A DNA stretch of 64,000 nt from a bacterium (lineage in GTDB: Bacteria; SM23-31), in contig OZ252239.1 in the NCBI GenBank assembly GCA_965249485.1, positions 3,232,001 to 3,296,000 on the forward strand, read 5' to 3'. The translations under genes were made by a program, and so were the position numbers. The notes under the pieces were generated by a model. The model was not told the DNA's origin. It saw only the letters and a list, made by a program, of their open reading frames with translations, and did no database searches. Below are positions 40,721 to 50,470 of this stretch, piece by piece; the stretch's first letter is position 1; each line of letters begins with the position of its first letter.

Positions 40721-41154
40721 TGCTTTTAAAATTACTACCTAGTCAAGTAGCAGAAATGTGGGGAGAGATAGAATTTAGCATTAGGATGAGCCTCCCTCCT
40801 ATGTCTAATGGTCGGAGGTTAAACTATGCCAAGACTTTAGAAACTGCTCTTATAGGGGACTTAGAAGTATGGGTAATGTACTATGGAGAGAAGATTGTAG
40901 CTATAGCTACTACTATGCTTACCCATGAACCGACTAGTAAGGAGAAACACCTTCTTATCTATTCCCTTGCTAGTATCACTGATGAAATAATTCCTGATGA
41001 ACTTTGGGTAGATGGCTATGAGACCTTAAAGACCTATGCTAAAGGGAATGGGTGTAAATACCTTAATGCCTTCTCTATGAATCCGAAGATTCTGGAATTG
41101 GTTAAGAAGGTCGGTGGAGATAGCCGTTATCACTATATAACTTTGGAGGTTTAA
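40720..41154 (+). CDS. GNAT-like virion assembly protein
   Basis: LKTYAKGNGCKYL; sits between nozzle and ejection genes. Confidence 0.55.
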   Translation: MLLKLLPSQVAEMWGEIEFSIRMSLPPMSNGRRLNYAKTLETALIGDLEVWVMYYGEKIVAIATTMLTHEPTSKEKHLLIYSLASITDEIIPDELWVDGYETLKTYAKGNGCKYLNAFSMNPKILELVKKVGGDSRYHYITLEV

Positions 41155-41155
41155 T

Positions 41156-42472
41156 ATGGGTGGAGGAGGAGCTACTTCTCAAGAGCCTGTAGGTTTTCCT
41201 GCTTTCTTTCAGCAACAGATGATGGGTCTCAATATGTTTGATGTTGATACCGGATCTTGGCTTCCTGCTAATGACCAAGAAGTATATTCTGGAGGTTTGT
41301 TAGCAGAGCTAAGTGTTACTACTGGAGCCTTTCAAGCAGACCCTCCTACTAATGTTTTTGCTGAGGCTGTGAACGCACCTAAAGACCCTTCGACAAGGAT
41401 ACTTAAAGTAGAGCAGAGTGCTCTTGATTTTGAAACAGAGTCAGACAGGTTGGATGCGGAAGTTGATTGGTCAAGTGCCTTTGATAAAGCTGTTGAGAAG
41501 GATAGTAGCTTTACTCCTCTAGACCCCAACCTAGATATACACACAGCTACAACAGGTATTCTAGCCAAGGCTCTTACTAGAGTTGGGGAGATGAATACCT
41601 CTCTTCTCTCTAATGCTGACACCTCAACTGATACTCAAATAGATACAATCATAACTAAGTCCTCCTCTATATCAACTACCATTATGGATAATGCTATTGT
41701 AGAAGCTCTGAGTGTCCTTCAACAGCAACCTACGAGACAAGCCGTAGAAGCTTTTGAGGATAGAGCTAGGAGAAGACTCAGTAGGAAGTTTTCTAGGTTT
41801 AGAGGTCAGATGGCTCTTGTGAATGCTGTCAATACTAGTGGTTTTATTTTAGGGAATGCCTCTTTAGAGAATGAACTTGATAGAAGTGTAGTAGACTATG
41901 ATGCTCAGGTCTCCCTTACACTTTATAATCAAGTTGTTAATGTCTATGCAGAAGTACACAGGCTTATGTCAGGAGTTTATCAGAGTCTTCTACAATATCT
42001 AGATGGAAGACAAGTTGAGTCCTATAAGCAGATTTTCATTTCTGAGCTTCGTTCTCTCTGGCAAGCTAAGATGGTTAATGAAGATGCAAAGTTTACTCAC
42101 TATCGTCAGGCCGTCCAGACCATGACTTCTGCTCTTATGCAAGGTGTTACCCTTAAAGGTCATAGTGCACAGGTAGAGATAGAAGGTGAAAAGCTTGCTA
42201 TAATTGCTGAGAAGGAATATCAAGAAGACCTCTTAAATGTCGCTCACATGCGTGTAGACTTCCGACTTGATAGAGCACAAAAAGGAGCTAACATAGTAGC
42301 CTCTGGTTTTGGAGGTACAATGACATCCTCAGCTCCTCTGTCAAAGTCACAGTCTGCTCTAGGTGGAGCCTTTGCAGGAGCTGCTATAGGTACGCAAATA
42401 GCTCCAGGGATAGGCACAGCTATAGGGGTAGGAATTGGTGGATTAGCAGGATTACTTTCAGGAGGAAATTAA
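41156..42472 (+). CDS. Putative DNA ejection protein
   Basis: MGGGG start; C-terminal glycine-zipper GGAFAGAAIG...GIGGLAG. Confidence 0.65.
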   Translation: MGGGGATSQEPVGFPAFFQQQMMGLNMFDVDTGSWLPANDQEVYSGGLLAELSVTTGAFQADPPTNVFAEAVNAPKDPSTRILKVEQSALDFETESDRLDAEVDWSSAFDKAVEKDSSFTPLDPNLDIHTATTGILAKALTRVGEMNTSLLSNADTSTDTQIDTIITKSSSISTTIMDNAIVEALSVLQQQPTRQAVEAFEDRARRRLSRKFSRFRGQMALVNAVNTSGFILGNASLENELDRSVVDYDAQVSLTLYNQVVNVYAEVHRLMSGVYQSLLQYLDGRQVESYKQIFISELRSLWQAKMVNEDAKFTHYRQAVQTMTSALMQGVTLKGHSAQVEIEGEKLAIIAEKEYQEDLLNVAHMRVDFRLDRAQKGANIVASGFGGTMTSSAPLSKSQSALGGAFAGAAIGTQIAPGIGTAIGVGIGGLAGLLSGGN

Positions 42473-43726
42473 ATGGCAACTCCAGATGATATAAGAAAAC
42501 TAGTTGGTACTAATACTCAACAGGATAGGGCTTTAGTTGCTAACCCTCCGTCAGAGTTTAAACAATCTGTAGCTAATGCTCCTCAAGTAGGTTCAGATAC
42601 ACAGAGCCTTTTAAGTAGGATTAACGAAGGTTTGAAGAACAATCAAGGAGACTTCTCTGACATCTTTGCAGACTTAGCTCTAGCGTTTACATCTAGTAAT
42701 CCTCAGAGTGGGTTTGGAAAGTTGGCTCAACAGGCTAAGACAGGTTCTCAAGCCTTGTTGTTTAATGAGTTTATCAAATCCGGTGAAGCCTCTGATAGGT
42801 TAAGTCCAGAGCTTAGAACGGAAGGGACAAGGCTGAGACAAAATCAACAGCAGATTACATCTCAAGCAGACTTGACTAAAGCTAGAGTGGCTTCCCTCAG
42901 ACATGCTATTGACCAAGGGGATTTGAGTGACTCAGAGAAGTTTAGTAATCAATTAGAACTCCTACAACTTAATAATGATTTTAGTTTAGACCAGAAGTTT
43001 CAAACCTCAGAGCTTCAATTCAAAAACCAGTTGGCTCTTATAGATGCGGAATTTAAGAACAATGCCTCAGGAAGAGAGCTTGCTAGACAAAGGTTAGGCA
43101 TAGATGGATTAAGGTTTGTTATTCAATCTACTGCTTCTGCTTTCCAAGATGGTTTTCCTGTTGAAGGTTTTGCAGAGAAGTTTCAACAAGGAATAGATAC
43201 TCTTGTCAGAGCAGGGGTCTTCACAGAGGCAGAGTCGAAAGTCCTAAGACCTCAAGGAGCACTTACAGAGGATACAGGAGGAGCCTCTACTGATGACCAA
43301 GTTATGAGTCTTATCCAAGCGGCAGGAGGAGATGTAGACACCGATTCTTCTCGTCCCTCAGGAAAAAGTCTACCTCTAACTCAACCTACTCCTCAGATTA
43401 AATCTCTAGACACCTTAGCTAAAGCAAGAGGCGAGGAACTTCCTACAGAGAAAGAGTCTAAAGAACAGGAAGAAGCAAGGAAATCTTTTAATGTACAGCA
43501 GTTATCTGTAGTAAAGACCTTTGTAGAAAGCCTTAGTCAATTTGATAGGCTTACAAGAGAAGAGCAGTTGTTACTTTTGACTAACCCTCCAAGCGGGGCT
43601 GAGGTTACTAAAGGAATAAGTTTTCTTAAGACTTCTAAAGCCTTCACTGGAGTTTCTCAAGAAATAGCAGAGGAGTTTCTCGACCAACAGAGTAAGTTGA
43701 AAGTTAGTCTCGAAGGAATCAAATAA
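42473..43726 (+). CDS. Putative DNA ejection protein
   Basis: Q/S-rich helical; position. Confidence 0.6.
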   Translation: MATPDDIRKLVGTNTQQDRALVANPPSEFKQSVANAPQVGSDTQSLLSRINEGLKNNQGDFSDIFADLALAFTSSNPQSGFGKLAQQAKTGSQALLFNEFIKSGEASDRLSPELRTEGTRLRQNQQQITSQADLTKARVASLRHAIDQGDLSDSEKFSNQLELLQLNNDFSLDQKFQTSELQFKNQLALIDAEFKNNASGRELARQRLGIDGLRFVIQSTASAFQDGFPVEGFAEKFQQGIDTLVRAGVFTEAESKVLRPQGALTEDTGGASTDDQVMSLIQAAGGDVDTDSSRPSGKSLPLTQPTPQIKSLDTLAKARGEELPTEKESKEQEEARKSFNVQQLSVVKTFVESLSQFDRLTREEQLLLLTNPPSGAEVTKGISFLKTSKAFTGVSQEIAEEFLDQQSKLKVSLEGIK

Positions 43727-46700
43727 TGGCAGAACCTACTATACTGAATCCTCTCTCCCCTACTTGGGATGAAGTGACTAATTCCCCCGACTTTAGGAAC
43801 CAATCCTTTGAAGTTCAGAGGAAAGTAGCAGATGATTATTTTCTCCAGAACTTTGAGCAAAACACTCAATATCAGGTTCAGAGTCCAGAGGTTCAAGAGA
43901 GAGTTAAGCAAGACTTCTTCTCTAGAATCGGTGGAGATGATTCTGTTGGGGATCCTTTCTTTAGAGGTATCAGAAATGCGGCTCATGGTCTACTCAACAT
44001 AGGCAGGCTTGTTGGTTTAAAGGATGAAGTACAAGAGGCACAAAACTGGCTTGATACTTTCCCTCTAGATGAAGCAACAGGTAAGTTTGCAGAAAGTCCA
44101 CAGAACTTTTCAGAATACCTTACTGACCCTTTTAGGGCATATCAGGTCATAGGGGAAAACTTACCTCTTACTGGTGTGCTCTTAGGGGTAACGCTCACAG
44201 CTAGTCCTGCTGTTGCGTTAGGTGCTATCTTTGGAGTAGAAGGAGGAGCAGTTGCAGAGCAGATAAATGATTATGAAGAACAAAGAGGTAGTGAAATAGA
44301 CCCTACAATCAAGGCTACCGCTATAGTTGGAGTAGGGGCTATAAACTCCTATCTTGAGAGGATTGGTCTAGGTAAGATAGCTCAAGCAGGAAAGGGAGCG
44401 ATAGGAAAGAAAATTATAAACACCGTCATAAGTGCTAATGTGGAAGCCTTCACAGAAGCTATCCAGGAGGGAGTCTCCGAAGTTGGTGTAAGCCTTGCTA
44501 CAGAAGAGACTCTCCCTGACATAGGCACTCTCTATCAAAAGGCTAGAGATGCTTATGGAGCAGGGTTATTAGTCGGTGGAGTTGCTAACTCGGTCATAAC
44601 TGTTGCCTCTCCTGAGGAGGTCACTCAAAAGGTTGCAGAAGTTGAGGAGAAGATAGTTGCAGAAGGGAAGCCAAAACAGATACTAGAAGCTGAGGAAAAG
44701 GGAACTGTTACAGAACTCACAGATGCAGAGTTAGAGAAGATGGCTGAACTACAAGCTAGACAGGACTCAGGTGATACTCTTAATCTTGTTGAGGAGGATG
44801 AACTCAAAGACCTCCAAACCCAACAAGCGATTGTAGAAGAAGCCAAAGCGAAAGGTCAGCCTACTTTGAGGTCTCTCAAGTCCAAGGCTCAGGGTTTCGC
44901 TATTCCACTTACTCCAGAGGAGAATGCGGAGTTGAGGGAACTGCTTGATAAGGAAGAAAATACTCCAGAAGAAGAGGAAAAGATTCGAGAGCTTGTTGCA
45001 AAGTCCGATGAGTTTATCAAGGCTAAGAGACTAGGGAAGGAGACTCTTACGCCTGAGGAGGTTGAAGAAGCCGCAAAGGAACCTCTTGAGGAAGAAGAAG
45101 AGATTGATTTAGAAAAAGTCTCTAAAGAGAAACTCCCTGAGGTTCTATCCTTAGAAGATAGAAAGTCTCGTATTCGAGAAGCTTTGAAAGAAGAGTTTAG
45201 GGCTCGGAGAGAACGAGTTGACCTCAAGAAGATTGTTGAGGAAGGAGTGAAACTAGCTAAGAATCCTAATGAAATACAGCGTTTGATTGAGCGAGTAGCA
45301 AACAAGGAAGAGCTTACTCAAGTAGAGATTGCGGCTCTAGAGACTGTGACTGCTGAGAGAGTTGATGAGTTAGAGAAGATGCAACTTAGTGGTGCTACTG
45401 GAGAAGAGATTGCCACCTTTATGGCAAAGCAGGACAATGACTTCTTCCGGTCTACAGAACAGGCTAGTAAGTCTGGTCTGACTTTGAGATTGTTGAGAGA
45501 GTTTAGAGAAACTCAAGGGAAGAAAGCCGGACTCAGGAGACTCAAGAATGCACTTAGAAAAATAGAAAGAGCTTTGAACTCAAGAGAGCAAGCTGAGTTC
45601 AATGAGCTTATCAAGAATGAGGAGATGCTTCGTAACCCTGCTCAGGTAAGTCGGTTCATTCAAAGGTTAGGTAATCCTACCTTTCGAGATCTCTTCTATG
45701 AATATTGGTATAATAATATCTTGAGTGGTATCCCTACTCATGGAGTCAATGTAGTTAATAATACTTTCTGGAGTTTACTTTACCTCCCTTCTGAGAGACT
45801 TCTCAGGGGAGCTATTGATGCTACTATAAGTCAGGTTACAGGTAAGGATAGAACTATCTATGCACAGGAACTAATGCCTTTCTTGCTCGGAGTAAAGCAG
45901 GGCTTTAAACCTGGGGTAAAGGTGTTTAAAAGTGTTGTTGTAGGTAATAATATACCTGTTAATGAGACCACGAAGTTCTTTAGAGATATGGGAAGGTCAA
46001 CCTCTGGTGCTTTCTCAAGACTTGAATCTAAAGGTGCTCAGAGATTTGCTAAGTACCTCAACCTTCCTACTAACGCTCTCTTTGCTGTAGACCTCTGGTT
46101 TAAATCAATGCTCATTGATGGGTCGGTCAATGCTCAAAGTCGGAGAGCTTTCCTTCAAGCTTTAGCTAAAGGTGAGACCACTAGAGCAGAACAATCAAAG
46201 TTTGAGACCGACTTCCAGAAGAGTGCCAAGTCAAACGCAAACTCTCCTGAGATGCGTAAAGCTATTGCCCTAGCTCAAGAAGGAACCTTCATGGGTAAGG
46301 GTGGTAGACTTGTTCAAGGAGTTAATAACTTTCGGAAAAGTGTTCCAGAGAGTAGACTCCTCATTCCCTTTGTCAACACTCTTGGTGCTATTATGAAAGA
46401 AGGTTTCTCCTTCACTCCGATAGTGGGGACTAAGCTTCAAAAGCAGGCTCCCATAGATGCTAAGATAGCTAGACAGACGGTAGGCTTCGCTATTAGTGCT
46501 TCTGCTCTTTTAGCTCTGGCAGTAGGTGATATGACTGGTGCGGCTCCAGAAGATAAAGGAGAAAGAGAAGCATTCTTTAGAGCAGGCAAACTTCCTTGGA
46601 GTATTAAGATAGATGGTACTTGGTTCTCTTATAGGCGTGTAGAACCCTTTGGTACAATCTTAGGTGCTGTAGCTGTATTCTTTGATGGATTGAAGAACTT

Positions 46701-47382
46701 CACCGGAGATGAGGTCGAGGTCGGAAAGGAGTTTGACCGACTTATGGATAATACAGCAAACTTTGTCCTTTCAAACTCTTACTTCTCTGCTGTTGGAAGT
46801 ATCTTTGGTAGGTTTGGTGGTCTAGGACAATATACTGCTAATATGGTAGGGTCTCTTATACCTGCCTCAGGCTTCACTAGAACTGCTCAGAGAGGATTCG
46901 AAGCCCTTAGTGAGGGAGAAGTTCTTCTCAGAGAGCGAGGTCTGGTAGGAGCTATAGCTTCCACAATTCCCTCAGGGAATACCCTCCTAGAACCGGAGCT
47001 TGAAACCTTCGGAGAGTTAAAGAAACTCAAAGGTGGGGCACTTAGACAACTCCTTCCTTTCAAAGCTAGTAAAGAGGAACAAGATGCTAGTGAACAGGAG
47101 ATGCAGAGGCTTGAAATCTTTCCCCTCCTACCTTCTCAAAAGGTCACCTTCCAGAGACAACAGTTTGAACTCCCTGATGAGATTTATAGAGACTTCGCAA
47201 TAGCCTCAGGAGCAGAAGCGAAACAGAGAATAGATGAATTTGTAGCTAGTCCTTCGTATCAGAAGGCTCCTGACCTTCTTCGGAAGAAGAGGATTGAATC
47301 TTTGATAAGGCGTTCTCGTTCAAGACATCGGACACTTGCGATAAGACGGCTTCGCCTCGAAGGTGTTTCATTAGGAAGATAG
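43726..47382 (+). CDS. Large internal virion/ejection protein (1218 aa)
   Basis: Last late gene; LIPFVNT, PWSIKIDGTWFSYRRVEPFG C-terminal pattern. Confidence 0.7.
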   Translation: MAEPTILNPLSPTWDEVTNSPDFRNQSFEVQRKVADDYFLQNFEQNTQYQVQSPEVQERVKQDFFSRIGGDDSVGDPFFRGIRNAAHGLLNIGRLVGLKDEVQEAQNWLDTFPLDEATGKFAESPQNFSEYLTDPFRAYQVIGENLPLTGVLLGVTLTASPAVALGAIFGVEGGAVAEQINDYEEQRGSEIDPTIKATAIVGVGAINSYLERIGLGKIAQAGKGAIGKKIINTVISANVEAFTEAIQEGVSEVGVSLATEETLPDIGTLYQKARDAYGAGLLVGGVANSVITVASPEEVTQKVAEVEEKIVAEGKPKQILEAEEKGTVTELTDAELEKMAELQARQDSGDTLNLVEEDELKDLQTQQAIVEEAKAKGQPTLRSLKSKAQGFAIPLTPEENAELRELLDKEENTPEEEEKIRELVAKSDEFIKAKRLGKETLTPEEVEEAAKEPLEEEEEIDLEKVSKEKLPEVLSLEDRKSRIREALKEEFRARRERVDLKKIVEEGVKLAKNPNEIQRLIERVANKEELTQVEIAALETVTAERVDELEKMQLSGATGEEIATFMAKQDNDFFRSTEQASKSGLTLRLLREFRETQGKKAGLRRLKNALRKIERALNSREQAEFNELIKNEEMLRNPAQVSRFIQRLGNPTFRDLFYEYWYNNILSGIPTHGVNVVNNTFWSLLYLPSERLLRGAIDATISQVTGKDRTIYAQELMPFLLGVKQGFKPGVKVFKSVVVGNNIPVNETTKFFRDMGRSTSGAFSRLESKGAQRFAKYLNLPTNALFAVDLWFKSMLIDGSVNAQSRRAFLQALAKGETTRAEQSKFETDFQKSAKSNANSPEMRKAIALAQEGTFMGKGGRLVQGVNNFRKSVPESRLLIPFVNTLGAIMKEGFSFTPIVGTKLQKQAPIDAKIARQTVGFAISASALLALAVGDMTGAAPEDKGEREAFFRAGKLPWSIKIDGTWFSYRRVEPFGTILGAVAVFFDGLKNFTGDEVEVGKEFDRLMDNTANFVLSNSYFSAVGSIFGRFGGLGQYTANMVGSLIPASGFTRTAQRGFEALSEGEVLLRERGLVGAIASTIPSGNTLLEPELETFGELKKLKGGALRQLLPFKASKEEQDASEQEMQRLEIFPLLPSQKVTFQRQQFELPDEIYRDFAIASGAEAKQRIDEFVASPSYQKAPDLLRKKRIESLIRRSRSRHRTLAIRRLRLEGVSLGR

Positions 47383-47746
47383 CGATAAAGAGTCTCTCCT
47401 GTTTAGCAAACTCATAGGTCTCAACTTTGAGAATGTCACGAGTTATTACTGAGAGGTCTTGAGAAAACTCTTCAATGTCAGCATAACTTAGAAGGTGCAT
47501 TAGTTCTTCAATCCGGTCTACATAGAGTGCAAAGTCGGATTTCTTGTCTTGCTCCCCTTTATAGAAAGTACAAGTTAGTTTCTCCCCTGAGTGTTCTTTA
47601 ACACACAATAGCGTATGGAGTATACAGGCACAGTTAATTACATTCTGTACGTCAAGGTCAGATTGTCCTACCATCTTGTCTAATTGTTCCTCTAGAGCCT
47701 TCTGCTCTAAGGGAGTTAGCTTTTTTATTTTATCTTGAAGGGTCAT
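47246..47746 (-). CDS. Hypothetical phage protein
   Basis: Coupled to upstream stop; converges on late arm. Confidence 0.55.
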   Translation of the reverse strand: MTLQDKIKKLTPLEQKALEEQLDKMVGQSDLDVQNVINCACILHTLLCVKEHSGEKLTCTFYKGEQDKKSDFALYVDRIEELMHLLSYADIEEFSQDLSVITRDILKVETYEFAKQERLFIAIFLMKHLRGEAVLSQVSDVLNENALSKIQSSSSEEGQEPSDTKD

Positions 47747-48051
47747 TAGGGGTATTTCCTCCTATGTTCTTTTAGAGAATTTAATCCTGCTCCACCAAAT
47801 TCATATATACAGTCAAACCAATAGAGTTTCTTAATATACTTTCTTGGAACTACTAAGACATATCTCCATTGATTATCGTCTTCTTTATATTCTCCACCTA
47901 TTTTAAGAGCCTTCTTTGTAACCTCTATCAAAAAACCAGAGGAGTTTAGTGGAACATGGTCTCCAGAGTCAGACTCTTCATCAGGGAGAAATTTGTCCAT
48001 AAAGTAGGCATCTTCCCAGATGATTGACATTAAATATCTTGTCTTACTCAT
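47746..48051 (-). CDS. Hypothetical phage protein
   Basis: IIWEDA...SGFL...VVPRKYIK. Confidence 0.65.
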   Translation of the reverse strand: MSKTRYLMSIIWEDAYFMDKFLPDEESDSGDHVPLNSSGFLIEVTKKALKIGGEYKEDDNQWRYVLVVPRKYIKKLYWFDCIYEFGGAGLNSLKEHRRKYP

Positions 48052-49285
48052 CTATATCTTCTCCTATATATTCCAACTTAGCCTCTTGCTCCGTTTCCCC
48101 TGCTTGAGCCACCACTTGTATTCTTTTACCTTTCTGGAGGGAACTTAGGTACTCTTTTAAGTCCTTTCCAGAGACCTCGAACATAAACTTACGGTAAAAT
48201 TTCTCCATAGTAATGCCGGAGTTCATTTTGATGTAATGTTCAATAGTTGCCATAGCCTTAGCTCTAGGAGTCTCAGCATAGGTTTGGAAAGTGAGAGGCA
48301 TCTTACGTTCCGCTTGTTCTAAAATCCTTAAAGCTTTATGGAAATCTACTTCTCTAAGAACCATCTCAGAAGAACGTGACATAGAGAGTATCATCATTAG
48401 CTTGAAGAGATGAAACTGTCTCCGACCTAAGTAACCATCGAAGTAGTTAGTCTGTGTGAGTATATCAGGAGGATTCTTTCTCTGCTCCTCGTACCATTTA
48501 TTGTAGAGCTTTTCATTACTATTGGTACGTCTAAACTCACCTGTCTTGAGGAATATACTCTCTAAATCAATGAGGAGCTTCTCTCTTAAAAGTTCTGCCT
48601 CTCTGCTCTCTCTAGGGTCGGCAACTACATCCCCCTTATTCTCATAAATGAACATCATCCTAGAACTCAAACCTATATCAATACTTAATTGTGGGAAGAT
48701 TTCTCTTAAAGTCTTAGGAGTTATCCCACCTGCGAAGTTAAGGAAAGCTCCAGGGATATGATACTTCCCTGCTGTCTTTGTCTCCCACTCCCAATCCGGC
48801 TTACAGTCGAAGACATCAGTTAAGAGGGTAATCATATGAGGGTCATCAAAGCGAATGAACAAGGCTATCTCAGAGAAGAAGCCTGTGAGTGAGTTATGGT
48901 TCAAGAGGACTAACTCCTCTCCTTCCCCTTCTGCCTCCATCTTTCCTACCTCATCTAGTTTCTCTACAAGACGTTCCTTTGTAAGGCTTGCAGGAGCAAG
49001 AGGTACACCTACTTCCCTGAGGAAATACTCTCCATAACCTAGAGCAGTTGACTTTCGAGTCTTCCCTGAATCACCTACCAGAACTATGTAAAAGTTAGGG
49101 TAGATTTTCAACATAGGATTGAACTCGAAGAAGCATTCTCTCTGCATGGCTCCTGCTAGGACAGACACCCCTATCCAAAGTCGGTAGTTCTTAGGAGGTT
49201 CCTTGTTCACCATCTCTGTGTAGGCTAAGAAGGAGTCTAGCCAATCTTCTAAAAGTCTTTTTTCTGACAATTCTTTGACTCCCAT
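48044..49285 (-). CDS. DUF3987/YfjI-like P-loop ATPase, putative replicative helicase
   Basis: YPNFYIVLVGDSGKTRKSTA, LTDVFDC, GLSSRMMF. Confidence 0.7.
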   Translation of the reverse strand: MGVKELSEKRLLEDWLDSFLAYTEMVNKEPPKNYRLWIGVSVLAGAMQRECFFEFNPMLKIYPNFYIVLVGDSGKTRKSTALGYGEYFLREVGVPLAPASLTKERLVEKLDEVGKMEAEGEGEELVLLNHNSLTGFFSEIALFIRFDDPHMITLLTDVFDCKPDWEWETKTAGKYHIPGAFLNFAGGITPKTLREIFPQLSIDIGLSSRMMFIYENKGDVVADPRESREAELLREKLLIDLESIFLKTGEFRRTNSNEKLYNKWYEEQRKNPPDILTQTNYFDGYLGRRQFHLFKLMMILSMSRSSEMVLREVDFHKALRILEQAERKMPLTFQTYAETPRAKAMATIEHYIKMNSGITMEKFYRKFMFEVSGKDLKEYLSSLQKGKRIQVVAQAGETEQEAKLEYIGEDIDE

Positions 49286-49569
49286 TCCAATAAGTCATAA
49301 ATTCTATATAGTGCGAAAATATGGTAATGCTTTAAACCACCTCTAAAGTCTCGTCTCCATCCCCTGTTCTGCTTAAAGAAGTCTGGCTCTTTCCTCCTTA
49401 TGAAATCTCTTATGGCTTGTCCTGTAATATAAACTTCTTGCTCCTTATATTTTAACATTAAGAAGTCTGCTAGGGCATCAGCAGACCTCAGGTAAAGGTA
49501 GTACTCTTTAAGTTTAGGTATTCCTATCTTAAGAAGAAGTACTCTTGTTTTCGACATGCGAAGGGGCAT
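49249..49569 (-). CDS. Hypothetical, possible DNA-binding protein
   Basis: Overlaps both neighbours; helix-turn-helix-like stretch. Confidence 0.4.
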   Translation of the reverse strand: MPLRMSKTRVLLLKIGIPKLKEYYLYLRSADALADFLMLKYKEQEVYITGQAIRDFIRRKEPDFFKQNRGWRRDFRGGLKHYHIFALYRIYDLLEWESKNCQKKDF

Positions 49570-50236
49570 TGAGTAACTCCTGTAAAGCTTCTTCCCCTCT
49601 TTCTTCTAAGGGTCTTAAAGCTCCTGCTAGTATTGTACGGTCAAAATCGTATCGATCTAAATCGGTCTCAGAAGGATGGCAACGGTCTCTATCTAGAGAG
49701 ATTAGTTGGAAGCTACCATCAGGCATGTTGACTGTTCTAACAACTCTCCAGACTTCTCCTTTTAGGCTCTTAACCCACTCCGCTTCATTTTTATAGCGAC
49801 AGTCTGGAATAATAGTAAAGTCAGTAACATCTGTTCTAATCCCATCTAAGACCTTTTGAGTCCAGTAATAAGAGTCTTGTTCTCTACGGAAGCTCCCCCA
49901 CCATTGGAGAATGAAGGGGTCTTTGTCGGTCATACCCTCATAAGACTTTGATCTATGTTTCGATTCTCTCCACCAAGATATAAAAGGAGTACCCCATAAT
50001 TCTTTTGCCTCAATTATATCTTCTCCCCAAGGAGTCGTAAATACAAAAGAAGGAATGTCTCCTTTCTCTTTCTTATCATGTGCTATAATCACTAGATGCC
50101 TACACTCCTCATACAAGGCATCAGCGAAGCTTCTCTTTTTTACAGTATAGCCTTTCTTGATTAGAGAGATTCGGAGGAAGTCAGCAAGAGTGTCCTTACC
50201 TTGTCTTGCTTTGTGTCCTATTGCTATTATTTTCAT
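49529..50236 (-). CDS. Deoxynucleoside monophosphate kinase
   Basis: IGHKARQGKDT, SFADAL, IPDCRYKNE, HPSE. Confidence 0.85.
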   Translation of the reverse strand: MKIIAIGHKARQGKDTLADFLRISLIKKGYTVKKRSFADALYEECRHLVIIAHDKKEKGDIPSFVFTTPWGEDIIEAKELWGTPFISWWRESKHRSKSYEGMTDKDPFILQWWGSFRREQDSYYWTQKVLDGIRTDVTDFTIIPDCRYKNEAEWVKSLKGEVWRVVRTVNMPDGSFQLISLDRDRCHPSETDLDRYDFDRTILAGALRPLEERGEEALQELLNAPSHVENKSTSS

Positions 50237-50470
50237 TTAGAACTCCTCTCCTTCCTCTATAATCCTCAAAGTGTCTACTCTGACCTCAGCAGGAAATCTC
50301 CATAAGAGTCGGTCATTCACTTTGAAGTAATGATACTCTGCTCTCTCGTTCATAAGGGATAGTTTGTCCTCTATAGTACCTATTCTCTGATAAGAAAACT
50401 CTAACATAACTGTTTGTAGAATCATAACAGCTAGTATCACTATTAATAAAATAGCTCCTTGTTTATTCAT
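50237..50470 (-). CDS. Small membrane-anchored protein
   Basis: N-terminal TM. Confidence 0.55.
   Translation of the reverse strand: MNKQGAILLIVILAVMILQTVMLEFSYQRIGTIEDKLSLMNERAEYHYFKVNDRLLWRFPAEVRVDTLRIIEEGEEF

Noticed and set aside
20879..47382. Genome-wide TAG reassignment
   Set aside because: TAG ends several genes directly before the next RBS/start (23429, 35008, 38151) and long genes have no internal TAG
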